NCBI GenBank assembly: GCA_039545335.1
Contig: BCIN01000005.1
Coordinates: forward strand, 310,001-374,000
Length of the DNA: 64,000 nucleotides
Direction of reading: 5' to 3'
DNA from: Kondoa subrosea
Taxonomy: Eukaryota
In this document: one piece after another, positions 12,130-24,910 of the stretch
How positions within the stretch are numbered: position 1 is the first letter of the stretch
Layout: every line of letters begins with the position of its first letter
The notes under the pieces: model-generated
What the model was told of the DNA's origin: nothing
The model's input: only the letters and a program-made list of their open reading frames with translations
Databases searched by the model: none
Position numbers and translations under genes: made by a program

Positions 12130-14666
12130 ATGGCACCAAGAAAGTCAGATACGAGTGAAAAAGCAAGCGGAAGCAAGAAGCTCAAGCCAGTCTTTGCTTC
12201 AAATGGCTTCAACCTGAAATCCTGGGCTTCGCCTGAAAAGGTCGCTTCTACGAGCAAATCCATTGGCTCAGGCAGTAACAGCAAGCACGAAGTGATTGAG
12301 ATCGATTCAGGATCCGAGGAGGTGCTGGATGAGGAGCAAGAGAGACCAGCTAAACGCTCGAAACCTGTCAAGTCAGCCGAGACGACTCCAAACAAAGGCA
12401 AAGGCAAAGCGAGGGAAGTTGTCACTGAGCAGCTATGGGTTGATGAGTATGCTCCTCGAGATCTGGTAACTTCTTCGCTTGATTACGGTCTATTTCGCTG
12501 AACGACACTTTGGGCAGGATGAGCTCTGTGTGCACAACAAGAAGGTCGCGGATGTTCAGAACTGGCTAGAGGAAGCTCTGGAGAACCCTAAGCTCGCAAA
12601 GTATAGGGTGAGACACATACCTTCAAGTCTAGTAACTAGCGCTCAATGGATGATATCAGCGCATTCTCGTGCTTTCTGGTCCAGCTGGTAGTGCAAAGAC
12701 AGCTACTCTCCAAGTTCTGAGCAAGGAGATGGGCTTTGACATTCTCGAATACAAATCTGGAAATGCTGGAGGTGCAGGTTTGCATTGACTCTGCTCTGCC
12801 GAATGTCAGATTGTGCTCAAATTGCTTTTAGACACGCTAGTCAGCCAATTTCCCGCCTTCCTCAATCGCGCAGCGTCAGTGCCTATGCTCTCGTTTGGTG
12901 ATACAGCCAAAGACCCAAAAGGCAAAAAGAAAGCTAAACCGGCTCGAAAGAAAGTTATTCTCGTGGAAGATCTGCCCAACATCTTCACTTCTTTCCCGAC
13001 CAAACAAGCTTTTCGTTCTGCTCTGATCTCTTTCGCTAATTCCAGTCGAGGCTATACTCAAGGCATTCCACTAATTATAATTATTTCTGAAGCGCTAGCC
13101 AAAACCAGCAATGATTCTGAATGGGCCGTAAATGAAGGCGGATCTTCCTGGCAAGATAATGTTTCGCCTAGGAACGTCTTACCTGTCGAAGTGTTCAAAG
13201 GCGGTAAATGTACTGAAATCAAGTCAGTCCGTTCTGAGCTCTGAACAATACAATAGCTGATTTCCATGCTGGTAAGATTCAACCCAGTAGCTATTACTCT
13301 GATGCGCAAAGCCCTTACTATGACACTGGATCGAATCTTTACCGCCAAAGCCAATTCTTCTACCCTCAAACAACCTTCGCCAGAAGCTATGGAAGTCGTC
13401 GCTCGTGCTGCTTGTGGAGATATCCGAACTGCTTTGAACAGCTTACAGTTTTTAGTCAAGGAAGGGAAGTATGCGAATGGCATGACGAGTATCATGGGTG
13501 AAGTAGCTGTCAAGAAGGGTAAAAAGCGTAAAGCGGGAGGGAAAGTCAAAGATCTCGACAGTTCAGCTTTGTGAGTTGATTGGAATTGTTAATTTGGCCG
13601 CTATTGATGTGGCAGTCAGATCGCACCTCGGTTCCAATAGAGAGACTTCACTTTTCATCTTTCATGCTCTTGGAAAAGTCCTGTACTCCAAACGTAAGCT
13701 TCTGCAGATACCCTTACGACTTTGGTTGACCTATACTTTCTAGGCTGGGGAGAAAAGCCTGAAGAAGATGCGAAAGACACGCGACCCAAATTGGCCAAGA
13801 CTGACAAGCTACCTGAGCATCTGTCTCAGTACAAGCGCGCAATGTCGAAGGTGGATCCCAATGTATGTCTTCTTCTTCGTCAGGGAAAATGACTTGCAAT
13901 TGATAACGAGAAAGGTTCTTTTTGCGGATGCGCCCGTTGATTCGGAAATGTTTATGGGATATCTACATCAGAATTACGCCCCTTTCTGTGAAGATATTAA
14001 TCAGTGCGCCAATTCGATGGAATACTTCAGCTCAAGCGATGCTTTTATGCGTTTCGAAAACGAGCGAGTAAATTCATTTCGTCCCGCGCTCGCACATTAG
14101 TTCTTAACCATCCTATATAGTACGGAAAGCACCCTCTCACCTCACATTACAGTTTTCAGACGGCTGTTCGCGGTATGCTAATGTCTCTACCAAGTCCGGT
14201 GCCGCGAAAAGGTCAAAGAATGTTTAAAGCTGAAGCTTGGGAGCGCAATCGAAAGCAAAAGGAGAACGAACAGAATATTGCTGATCTGGTATCGGACTTG
14301 GGAAGTTCTCTCTTACGACCTTTGCTGCAACTTCAAGATGAAGAGGACGAACTTTCTGTTACTCTACCTAGTCGAGCTGCTTTGGTTCATGACCTTCTCC
14401 CTTATCTACCTCTGCTACACAAAGACGTACTGAAGTCGCTACCAACTCATTCTGCTACCATTGTTCGCGAACTTGCTATTTTCCCTCCCGTACAGAATAC
14501 AAGAGGGAAGCTGATGGATGAGGACTATGTGGGAGAGGACGAGGAGGCTGAAACTGCAGATACACCTGTTGGATTAAATGAGCTGGAAGAGCAAGAAGGT
14601 GCAACCGTCGCGGTAGAAGAGCTTCTGTATTTAGAAGAGGATGATATTGAGAGCTGTGAAGATTGA
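12130..14666 (+). CDS. RAD17: Checkpoint clamp-loader subunit Rad17/Rad24
   Basis: LWVDEYAP, ELCVHNKKV, LSGPAGSAKT, VILVEDLPN, IKFNPVA, GDIRTALNSLQF, FHALGKVLYSKR, acidic C-terminus EEDDIESCED. Confidence 0.93.
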
Positions 14667-14860
14667 CTTTGTGCCACCATGCTACTGTACAGAGAACTTG
14701 CAACTGTGGACACGCTCCCACCTTGCACACCGACCCCATAAAATGCCTTCCTAAGGTTAACGGAGACTTCGAATCTTTGCAGATGGGACACTGTGCACGC
14801 ACCGTCATAGCTGTTTGACTTATCTGGGCTTCTTCTCGTGCGACAAAGCCACCCAACAAT

Positions 14861-17256
14861 ATGGACTTCATATACCAATTGCCTCCTATCTCTACCTCGC
14901 TCTCCCTACTCGGCGGTGTTGCTTTGCTAGCCTGTGCACATCTGATCTGGAAGCTTGTATATGCTACTTTCATTTACTGGCCTTACCTTGCTTCAACGAG
15001 GAAGCTACCTGGTCCTTCTCGACCATTTCCTTACTTCCAGGGTCACTCCGATTTAGTTTTTGCAAACCCCAAAAGTACTGCTCAGTTCTACGTGGATCTG
15101 GCTGAGAAGTATGGCTCTGTTGTGCGCTTCGCCCGTGAGCTATAAAATGCGTTCATATATATGCAGTATTGAATGGCTTCCCAGTATACGCAGGCATAGA
15201 CCGGTAGGGCTCCTGCTCCCGTTGTTACTGTGCTTATGCGCGTTCACAAGGTTATCTATTACCGACCCAGCTGCTCTGACGCATATTCTGGTCAACGAGT
15301 CGTACAACTTTCCAAAACCTGTAGGCAAATAGTATGTGGCACTTTGTTGAAAGCTCACACACTTCTAAGGACGAAGTCAGAGTGGATGTTGGAAGACTTC
15401 TCGGCGAGGGCTTAGTTTTGGCCGAAGGAGGTCAGTCATTTTAGTTGCGGGCCAGAACGTATTCACTCCAAGGTAGACGTGCATAGGAAGCAAAGACGGA
15501 TGTTGGGACCGGCTTTCAACACCATCAGTGTAAACAATATGCTTCCCATCTTCTTCGAAAAGGCAGAGACTTTACGACGAAAGTTGATTGAAGCAGCGGA
15601 GAAGAATGGTTTTGGTTATGCAACTGAAGATGTCGCTTCCTGGACATCCAAATGCAGTACGTTTAGAAGTCATTTTGTATCATACGCCTCTTTGTTCATG
15701 CTCTGTGCGTCTCGCTTGTCTCAGCGATGGATATCATCGGATCTGCAGGTTTAGGCGTGGAATTTGATTCTCTCGAAGATGCCGAGCATCCGTTAGCCGC
15801 GGTATTCGCTGACTTATGTGAGTTAATTGCCTCTGTATGGTTGCTTCTTTAATACCATATAGTTGGAGACTCTCTCGGAAATATTCTGTCTATGATTATG
15901 TTCTTTCTTACCTTCAAATTTCCAATACTTGCCCGTTTACGTAAGTCTGTCTCATACTAAGTCTGAAAATCACCTCATCCCTAGTCAGCTACGAAGTCTG
16001 CCAGAAGAACGTCCAAAATTGCTTCCACAATTCGTAAAGAAAGCCTGCACATACTGAGTCTCGCAAAAGAAGCAGCTCAAGAAGGAAGCGATAAAGTGTC
16101 AGGCAAGGATCTTTTGAGTCTTCTGGTTAAGGCCAATATGCAGCCTGAAAATGAAAAGTTTCGATTGGATGACGAGGAAGTTCTCGGTCAATTAGCAACG
16201 TTCATCCTTGCTGGCTTTGAGACGGTATGTATTCCTTTTACTGATGTTGAAGAGCATATTCATCGATTTGTTTTCCTTCAGACTGGGACCGCCCTGAGCT
16301 GGGGTTTATACGACCTTTCAAGAGATCGTGTGGTCCAGAATAAACTCCGCAGTGAAATACGTGAGGCTAAAGCGTCTTTCGGTCTTAATTCGGTATCAGA
16401 GCTATCGGTCGAACAACTCTCAAATTTACCATACCTAGATGCCGTCACTGTAAGCTCTTGTGGTTCCTTTCAACTTGATACTGATATGATGTCTAGAAAG
16501 AAGTTCTCCGCTTTAGAGCACCTGTTGTTGTTACCATCAGAGGTTATCTCCTTCTGCTCATATATTGTCTATTGCTGACTCAGACTCTTAAGAGCCAGCC
16601 GGGATTGCATATTACCTCTATCGAAGCCAGTCACACTTCGAGATGGTCAAATTCTGGATCGCTTGCCTTTGAGGGTCGGGACATCTATCATCGTACCGAT
16701 TGCTGCCATAAATCGTGAGTTATCGTTTGACTATGTTTATTCGCCTTCATTATGTGTCTTCTAGGTCTTCCTAGTATTTGGGGAATAACAGCATCACAGT
16801 TTCGGCCCGAACGATTTCAAGAGGAGTTACCTGAATCTGTCATCGCTGATACAAACGGCTACACTCAATATGCGCATCTTCTTACGTTCTTATCTGGAAG
16901 TAGAGGATGTAGGAGTTCCACCTGCATTGCATTGAAACGATTTCGTCTGATATCTGCTCAGGTATTGGCATGAGATTCGCTATCCTAGAGTTCAAAGCGG
17001 TGATTTCGTTGTCATGTTCGAGGCGGCCTATTCTCATTTCCTTGAATTGCTCTTAGATTCTAGCAACTATAATCGACGGTTTACAGTTTGAAGAGCGAGA
17101 GGATAAGCCTGAGATCATAGCAAAAGCGTATTTGGTGACGGTACGCTCTTTTCTCTTTGTATGAGAATTGGCTCATATTCACCTCCAAAGAAACCCTATG
17201 TCAAATCTGAACCAGCGATCAGCAAGCTTCCGCTCAAGGTGTCAATTGCAGAGTAG
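14861..17256 (+). CDS. Cytochrome P450, copy A of a tandem pair (possible lesion near 16592)
   Basis: N-terminal TM segment, HRKQRRMLGPAF, AGFET (I-helix), KEVLR (ExxR), FRPERF, heme motif FLSGSRGCIG split by an intron. Confidence 0.9.
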
Positions 17257-17421
17257 CTCGGGGCCAGATTTACCATGCTTACTAATCACGAAATACGTCG
17301 ACCGAATTCGGTCCCATGATGATGTGACACGTGAATCTTCGACAGAAGCTTCTTCTTGCACAGCCAGCGCATAGCTACTACGCTCTTTCTTGCACAGGTC
17401 TTGATACCCTTGTCCCCTACC

Positions 17422-19775
17422 ATGTCCGTCTTGTCAAAACTTGATTTCAGCTTGACTGCTTTCGCAGTCTATGCTCTGCTAGCTACCATCTTGTACTACA
17501 CATGCGGCTTTTTGTATACTACATTCGTTCACTATCCTTATCTCGCCCCTCTCGCGAAGCTTCCTGGACCGACAAGGACTTCTTTACTGCGAGGAAACAT
17601 CCCCGAGATTCTCGTCGCGGAACCAGGAGAGCAGCACGGTCTATGGGTTCGTGAGTATACTTGCAATCGATCAGGACTGAAATCTTGTCACAGGCAGCTC
17701 AGTTTGGCGGCGTTGTACGATATGCATGTGCGGCAAGCAAACGAGATTTAAGCTAGTCGTTGCTAAAGTCCAGATAGTATTCCTTGGCCGACAGCGACTC
17801 TTGATCACCGATCCGAAGGCGCTGAACCATATTATCCTGACCAACAGCTACGAGTAAGGTGTAATCGCTCACAGCCGATAATGATTGCTGATTGTACCAT
17901 TAGCTACCCGAAGCCGAATGAAGTACGAGGCGATGTAAGCTCACTTTTACCGTGCGCTAAGGCTCGGCTCAAGCCTGCGCTTAGTTGGGTAGAATCCTGG
18001 GCAAAGGTCCGCTGGATCTATGATAGAGCGTAAAATTCTGACATAAGTCTGCAGGCATACTATTCGCAGAAGGTGATCTACATCGGAAGCAGAAGCGCAT
18101 TCTTTCTCCTGCCTTCAATGCTCCAAACGTGAACAATCTACTCCCAATATTTCAAGAAAAGGCATCAACCTTGCGACTCAAATGGACAGAAGCAGTAGAA
18201 GCGGCTGAAGGTGTTCTCAAAGGCGATGTCAATCCTTGGATCAGTCGTTGTACTCTTGATGTCATTGGTGCTGCTGGCCTCGGAACAGAATTTGGAGCCT
18301 TACAAGACAATAGTCATCCCCTTGCAGAAGCCTTCTCTGTGCTCTTCGGACAACCTATGGGAAGCGGCTTCTTCGCTCAAGTCATGTTTTTCCTGCTCAT
18401 GACCTTCAAACCCTTGCGCAACCTCCGTAAGCCGAACCTTCCTGATATTGCTGAGGCTAAACCGCAGTGGTCTTAGCTACGCAGCGCGCACGAGTAGCTA
18501 AGAACAACATGGAAACTATGCAAAGGGAACTCAAGAAAATCCTTCAAACAGCCAAAGACTCGTTTGCTGCAGGAGACAAGAGTCAAGGCAAAGATCTATT
18601 ATCCCTTCTTGTTCGAGCAAATATGGGTAGTGGCAGTGAAAAGGGTAAACTAACAGACGAAGAGACACTTGGGCAAATGTACGTTGTTGTTACGACCTCT
18701 TCTATCTTCTCTTATTCCTTGTTCTCATCAACAGGACGACCTTCCTTTTAGGTATGTCAGGATTCTAATCAGTCGACGCCCTTTCTTGGCTGACGATATG
18801 CTTCTTGACTGTACCAGCTGGGTTTGAAACGGTGAGCTGTTTTGGGTTCGGTAGGACATACCTTTGTAGCTGATCGATACATTGGAAGACCGGTACAGCT
18901 CTGAGTTGGTGTTTGCTCGAATTGGCTCGTAATCAGGACGTTCAAGACAAGCTACGAGCAGAGATCAGAAAGGCCAAGAGTGATCTCGGTTTGGAAACTA
19001 CCGATCAGTTTTCAGTTGATCAATTGAGCGATCTGCAATATCTTGATGCTGTGACAGTAAGCGCGATGGCCGTCTCTTTAAATGTTGGAGCTGACTCTCG
19101 TTGCAGAAAGAGATCCTTCGCGTCCGCGCACCAGTTCCAAGTCAGTCGAATCTGATTGTCCGCGTGCTCACATTTGACAAGCATTCGTAGTGACACAACG
19201 ACAAGCAGCGAAGGATGACGTGATTCCTCTATCTACCCCAGTTACGCTCAAGAATGGTAGTCAAATGTCTGCCTTACCTCTCACGAAAGGGACTGATGTC
19301 TTTATTCCAATCAATGTAATCAATAGTAAGTGTGATCCCTCTCTTGCAGCGCATACTCACGATCTAAGCAGAATCTGTTGCTATTTGGGGACCGGATGCG
19401 AAAGAGTTCAAACCCGAGCGATGGCTCGCACCTCTGCCTGAATCTGTTGCTCCTGCGACGAGCGGATACTGCATCTACAGTCATCTGTTTACTTTCATCG
19501 GTGGTGCTAGAGGTTGCATGTACGGAGAACACAGTCGCTGATATGGGCATTGTTCGCTGACATCTACCCCTTCGCGCAGTGGTTGGAGATTCTCTCTACT
19601 GGAATTCAAAACGATCCTCTCTACATTGATCGAAACGATGAAGTTTGAAGAATTGGACGAGAAGCCAAAGATCATAGGCAAAGCTTTCATCGTTAACCGA
19701 CCTTATGTGGTCGACAATAACAACACTCCAATCGGGCACTCTTCGCTTCCGCTGAAGGTGACGATGGTTGCATGA
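17422..19775 (+). CDS. Cytochrome P450, copy B of a tandem pair
   Basis: HRKQKRILSPAF, KDLLSLLV, AGFET, KEILR, FKPERW, spliced heme motif FIGGARGCIG; clear paralogue of the upstream gene. Confidence 0.92.
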
Positions 19776-21385
19776 ACGAATTAGGATAGGACATGGACAT
19801 TCGCGCTGTAGACAGATCATAGATAAGAGCATGCTGTACAATCTTCTGCCTTTTGAGATTCTTGACCGCTTGCTTGCTTGTTTTCTTCATTCGTCCAATT
19901 TTGCCTCGAATGGCTCAAGATCCAGCAGGTGTGCTGTGCATAGCCTTGATATAAGTCTATGCTAACAAGCGCATCGCGCTGTTAGATGCTCTGCTGTACA
20001 ACTTCGAAACAGTGTCACGGAACTTTCAATCTTTAGACTACATTAGATCCAGTAAGCAGCGATGTGCAAGGTGCAGACACTTGCATTTAATGTGCTTGGC
20101 CAGCTCTTGCATCAATATCTGGAGCTGCAGCAGGAGTTCTCGGACTCACGAATTTGGCTGGCTTCGCTTGGTATCTCGTTCGTTGAGCTATACCTTGAGC
20201 AGCCGTATGTTCAGACTACGGTCATTGCAGTTCTCCTCCCTCCTGGCCAGCGGCCTCATCTTTAGCTATAATTGCGGAGGGAAACCAGGCGATGCGTTCA
20301 AATCTGGCTTATGGACTGTCGTGACGCATGGTCTGATAGAGAATGCTTTGGGTTTCATATTGTGTGAGTGTCAGACTCCCAATAGGTATGCGTAATTGAG
20401 ACCTTGTCAAACTTAGGGTGGACATGTAAGCTGTTTCGAGCAGCGGTCCATTTTTGGCTTACGCTTGCACAGTGGCATACGGACTTGTACATAGTGAGTG
20501 TGATCGCGGAAAGCAGCGATATTGACTAACTTCCGCCGTGCAGTTTATGAATGATATCGCTCGCTGGTCGACTTTGCATACCTTCACAAAGTAGTCAGAA
20601 TATGTTTCTTCGACCCAGAAATACAGCAGACCAAAGTGCTGGCCTGAGGATTGTCAAAATCCGAATCCTGTGTCTTGCTGCCAAATCTTGATGTCCACTC
20701 GCTGATTAGCATCTTTTGAATTGAAGTGGATGCAATTTCTTTTGTAGGCCTCGACGACCGTGATACAGGCTTTTTTCGGAGTACACTGATTCTGTATGAT
20801 GGACATTCACGAATCCTGCCTTTCATCGCAAAAACCTGGAAATCGCGCCGGCTTCTTTATCGCGAATACCAAGAGACTAGGTCAGTGCAAGAATCAGCTT
20901 ACTACAATTAGAGATGCCGGCATATCTTGCTACACTATCGGACAGCCGATCCGCTCTCACAAATGCACAAAAGAGGATTACCCCGGAAAATCTCAAACAA
21001 AAAAGATTTTCCCTAGTGTGGTCTTTAGTCATACGAAACATGACGCCTAGTCTGGGGCAGCTATCTTCATTGAGCGAAGACAAAAGACTTCCGTTTTGGC
21101 TGCCGATCTCACCATTATGGCCTCCCGAAAGACGGAGGCAATCACTTAGAAGTCTCTGAGCAATACAAAAGCACCACATATAAGAGCTTTGGACTTCTCG
21201 TCCTTCTCTTTCATTCCTTAGTCTGTTCCTCAATTATATCCAAGCATTGTCCTAGCACCTACCTACTTTTGTTGTATCGATTGTCTTCCCGGTGAAGATC
21301 TCCTGCATCCTACTTAACGAATCATCTTGTAACAACTGCTACCCTTTCGCATTTCTTTCCAAGCTCCCTCTCTCAACGATATCAA

Positions 21386-22840
21386 ATGGACGTCCTCGAA
21401 CTTATTCACGGCAACGATGAAGGCTCTTATCGACGCTTTCCTTGCGATGACGCCGGCTGTGGCAAATCCTTCACTCGCAAATCAGATCTAGCAAGACATG
21501 CCCGCATTCATGCCAATGACAGGCGAGTTATCTTTGCCCGGATCTGCCAGCCAAATCTTACTATGCTTCAGACCGTATGCATGCGATTGGGATGGTTGTG
21601 GGAAAGCTTTCATCCAGCGCAGTGCTCTTACGGTGCACTTACGAGTACAGTGAGCCGGTTCTTCCTATTTGTGCGACGTCCGCTCACTTTTATGATCAGC
21701 ACTGGAGAACGCCCTCATGCCTGCACATATAAGGGATGCAACAAAGCTTTTGGAGACTCTAGCTCTCTTGCTCGTCACAGGCGTGTTCAGTAAGTCTTTG
21801 CAGAGAAATGTCTTCGACTAAGGTCTGATCTGACCGCGTGTTTGCAGCACTGGTGCTAGACCTTATGTTTGTCATGTAGAAGACTGTGGAAAGACTTTCT
21901 GTCGGTAAGCGTACCTGCAGTATTTCGATTACCAGCAGCTGACTTTTTGTTCTGCAGCAAAATTACCCTCACAAAACACGTGAAACGTCATCATCCTCAT
22001 GACACCCCGATGTCGCCTGCATCCCCGCCTCGCAACATTCAATGCCAATGGACGTCGACACCTTCAGTTGGCACACCTCTTTTTGCCTCTCTTGACTCTC
22101 CTGCACACTCTCCTGCATCAACACCCGCTCCTGCAAGTCCAACACCTTTCAGCGAGGATGAAAAGAAGCCTAAGCTTCACCTTGGTCTCGGTATCACCAT
22201 ACCTTCTATCGATGGCGGTCCTTCTTTATCTCTTCCGCCTCCAGAGGTTTTCCAGCGTTCTTCCAGCGCTCTTTCGCACCATTCAGGTTTCTCAGCACCC
22301 TCAATGATGCAATCTCAGACTCTTTACGGCTCTCCTTCTCGTTACGAACAAAACACACTCATTCTACCTCCGTCGCCTGAACATTCGATCATGGATCTTC
22401 AGCACTTTTCTGATCGTCAGATCAATATGCCGCCTCATTACACTACATCTTCTCCTACTCTCAGAAGGTTGCCTACTATTCCTTCACCTTTTCGCTGGTC
22501 GGAAAGCTACTCGCAAGAATCTGGGCCGACACCTTTGCAAGAGTACTGCCCGTCAACACCTCGTGCAGCGGGTCGAGAGCGCTTCAGCGACGCAGCTTAC
22601 AATACACCAATCTCGCCTGTCTTTTCTCGATTCACATCTTCAACCATGTCTTCTTCTTCCTACCCTTCTATCCCTTCACCTACTTTCCCAAGCTTCTTTT
22701 CACTTTCCAGCCCAACATTTCGGCAATTTAGAAGAGATTCTTACGCTTGGGCAAGTGAGATGGAGCTGAGAAGGTTTTCTACCGATTCAAGAGAAGGAAG
22801 AGCGGCTTTCAGTCATCCTGGTGATGCTTATTCGTTCTAA
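21386..22840 (+). CDS. C2H2 zinc-finger transcription factor (four N-terminal fingers, S/P-rich tail)
   Basis: [100 protein letters not shown] after splicing. Confidence 0.9.
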
Positions 22841-23002
22841 AGTTCTTTTGGTAAAGGGAATCGTATATAGTAAAAAGTCGTTTGTAGTCGTTATATATCT
22901 ATTCATTGCATTGATCTGTTCTAATCGTCTCTATTTGTGACTCTTGCCTTGACTTTGGATTTCGACTTTCGCGTGAGAATTGCATGTTGCTTTCAAACAG
23001 TC

Positions 23003-23804
23003 ATGGTCAAACGCAAGCATGCAGCTGAAGCAGAAACTGAAGCTGGACCTTCTAAACGACTCAAAGGAGATACAGCGACAACAGAACAGCTTAAGGAGAA
23101 CAAGAAATCCAAATGCAAACAAAAGCAAGCAGCTCGATTCGCTCAAGATTTAACTCCATCTGCTGCTGCTTCTACTTCTACTAGACCTTTGATTCATACT
23201 TCTCATAAACGACCTGTCATTAAAGGCAAAGTCAAGAAACTCTCTGTTTCCGGTCATCCAGTTACTCAACTATCTCGAATTCATGGCTCTTCAAAAGCTG
23301 GTGTAACGCTCAGTGGAGCTAAAGTTAATCAAAGTTTAGGGACGGGTGGATTCTTAGCTGCTTCTTCTAAAACTGGAACGAATGAAGAAGAAATTTGGGT
23401 TACGAGAAAGACTGCGTTTGCTTATTCGTTGAAGACTTGCGTTGAAGCTTTCAATAAACGAGGGTGAGATTGTCCTTTCAACGTTGTTCGACTAAAGTTG
23501 ATGGATTGGGTTTGGGCAGACGAAAACATGTTACTATTCATGCACTTGGAGCTGCTATTCCTCAAGCTATGACTCTCGCTTTAGCTGCTCAAGGCAATCT
23601 GCCTACTCAAAGTATCGCGATGGATGTGAGGACTGGTAGTGTTGATTGTCAAGATGAAATTGAACCCGAAGCTGAAGATGAAGAGGTTAGATTACCGTCT
23701 GTTGTGTAATATTCCACTAATGCGTGATTCAGGACGTCGATATTCAATATCAAACCAGGACTAAGAGCACGATCGCCATCAGGTTGTCCCTTGTCAGTCA
23801 TTGA
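23003..23804 (+). CDS. POP7: RNase P/MRP subunit Rpp20/Pop7 (Alba-like)
   Basis: IWVTRKT...HVTIHALGAAIPQAMTLAL...VRTGSVDCQDEIEP...QTRTKSTIAI, the pattern I recall for the Rpp20/Pop7 family. Confidence 0.78.
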
Positions 23805-24910
23805 TATAGGCGTTAGCACAAAATTGAATATAATCTAGGTCTGAAAAGCTTTGATAGATCCAAACTGTATATGAAGATGTATGACGTGTCTATAGTAAGT
23901 CTAATCCTGACTGTAACCGCCGCATACTAAAGCTATATCTAGCCGCTGCGGCTTAGTTTGATCAGCACAATCACAAATGGAATGTCGAGCAATCAGTAAC
24001 CTGCTGCACGCTTCCACTGCCAATCAAGACACTGTCAATGCAAGTGCATGTCACGTCGACAAATATACATAATAAGCAGGCTTTAAATGTATGTCAAGTC
24101 ATGAAGCGAAGTCAAGCCGGTCAATATGTCCTTTGTTGGAGTATGCGAGAACCTGCACTATCGAGGTATGCCTAGAGTATTGGTGTACTTGGCCAAATGT
24201 GAGCGTGACTGATCACACTCGAGGGAGATTAACTGATGGTCCGACATACAGCGCTTAGCATAATGTCTGCTGACATTTGTATCTCATCCAGATGTCCGAT
24301 ATGATTGCGACCTATTCTTCGCCTCTACTCTGGACCAATGCAGACGCTTTTGAAGCTGTCAAAGGATCAACTCCAGATTATTAGCAAGACCAAGTTTCGA
24401 CCAAATTAATTACATCTTCCTTGGCAGTGCTGCTCTTTATGCATGCCACTTCTAATCTTCTGCCTTGTATGCTTTGTCTTCCAGATCGCGCTTTTCTTTT
24501 TTCAGTTCCTGGCTCTGTTCGCAATTTGGTCACAACACTCTTATTACAAGCTATCGCAGCTATTACCTGAGTATCAGTACTGCCTCAGTCCTCAAAACTC
24601 GCGGCTATCCGTATCAGCCCTGTCTAGCGTCTGGTCTGGACCTGCTAGTGCTCGTGTCATGATTTCACTTCCACCTGTTTATCGCTCTGCCGTCCCTTCG
24701 GCTTGTGCTCTTTGAGCTCAAAGCGGAAGGTGGAAAGGGTAGCTTTGATTCCAGTTTTGCCCATCTGCATTGTGCGAACATGCAGACCAAGCTTGACATA
24801 AAAAGGGCGATTTCTCTTTCTTTCTGGTCTTCTTCTCATTCTTCTGCTCAAAGTCTTCATTGCACATCCGCCGTCTCTTGCTTCTTCATCCAACTTTCTA
24901 TCAAGCAAAT

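Noticed and set aside
11871..13549. Long antisense ORFs over RAD17 (similar ones lie over eEF3 and MSH2)
   Set aside because: Shadow frames of real coding exons.
19850..20830. Possible small multi-exon gene on the minus strand
   Set aside because: Some splice-like signals, but I could not build a consistent frame or recognise a family.
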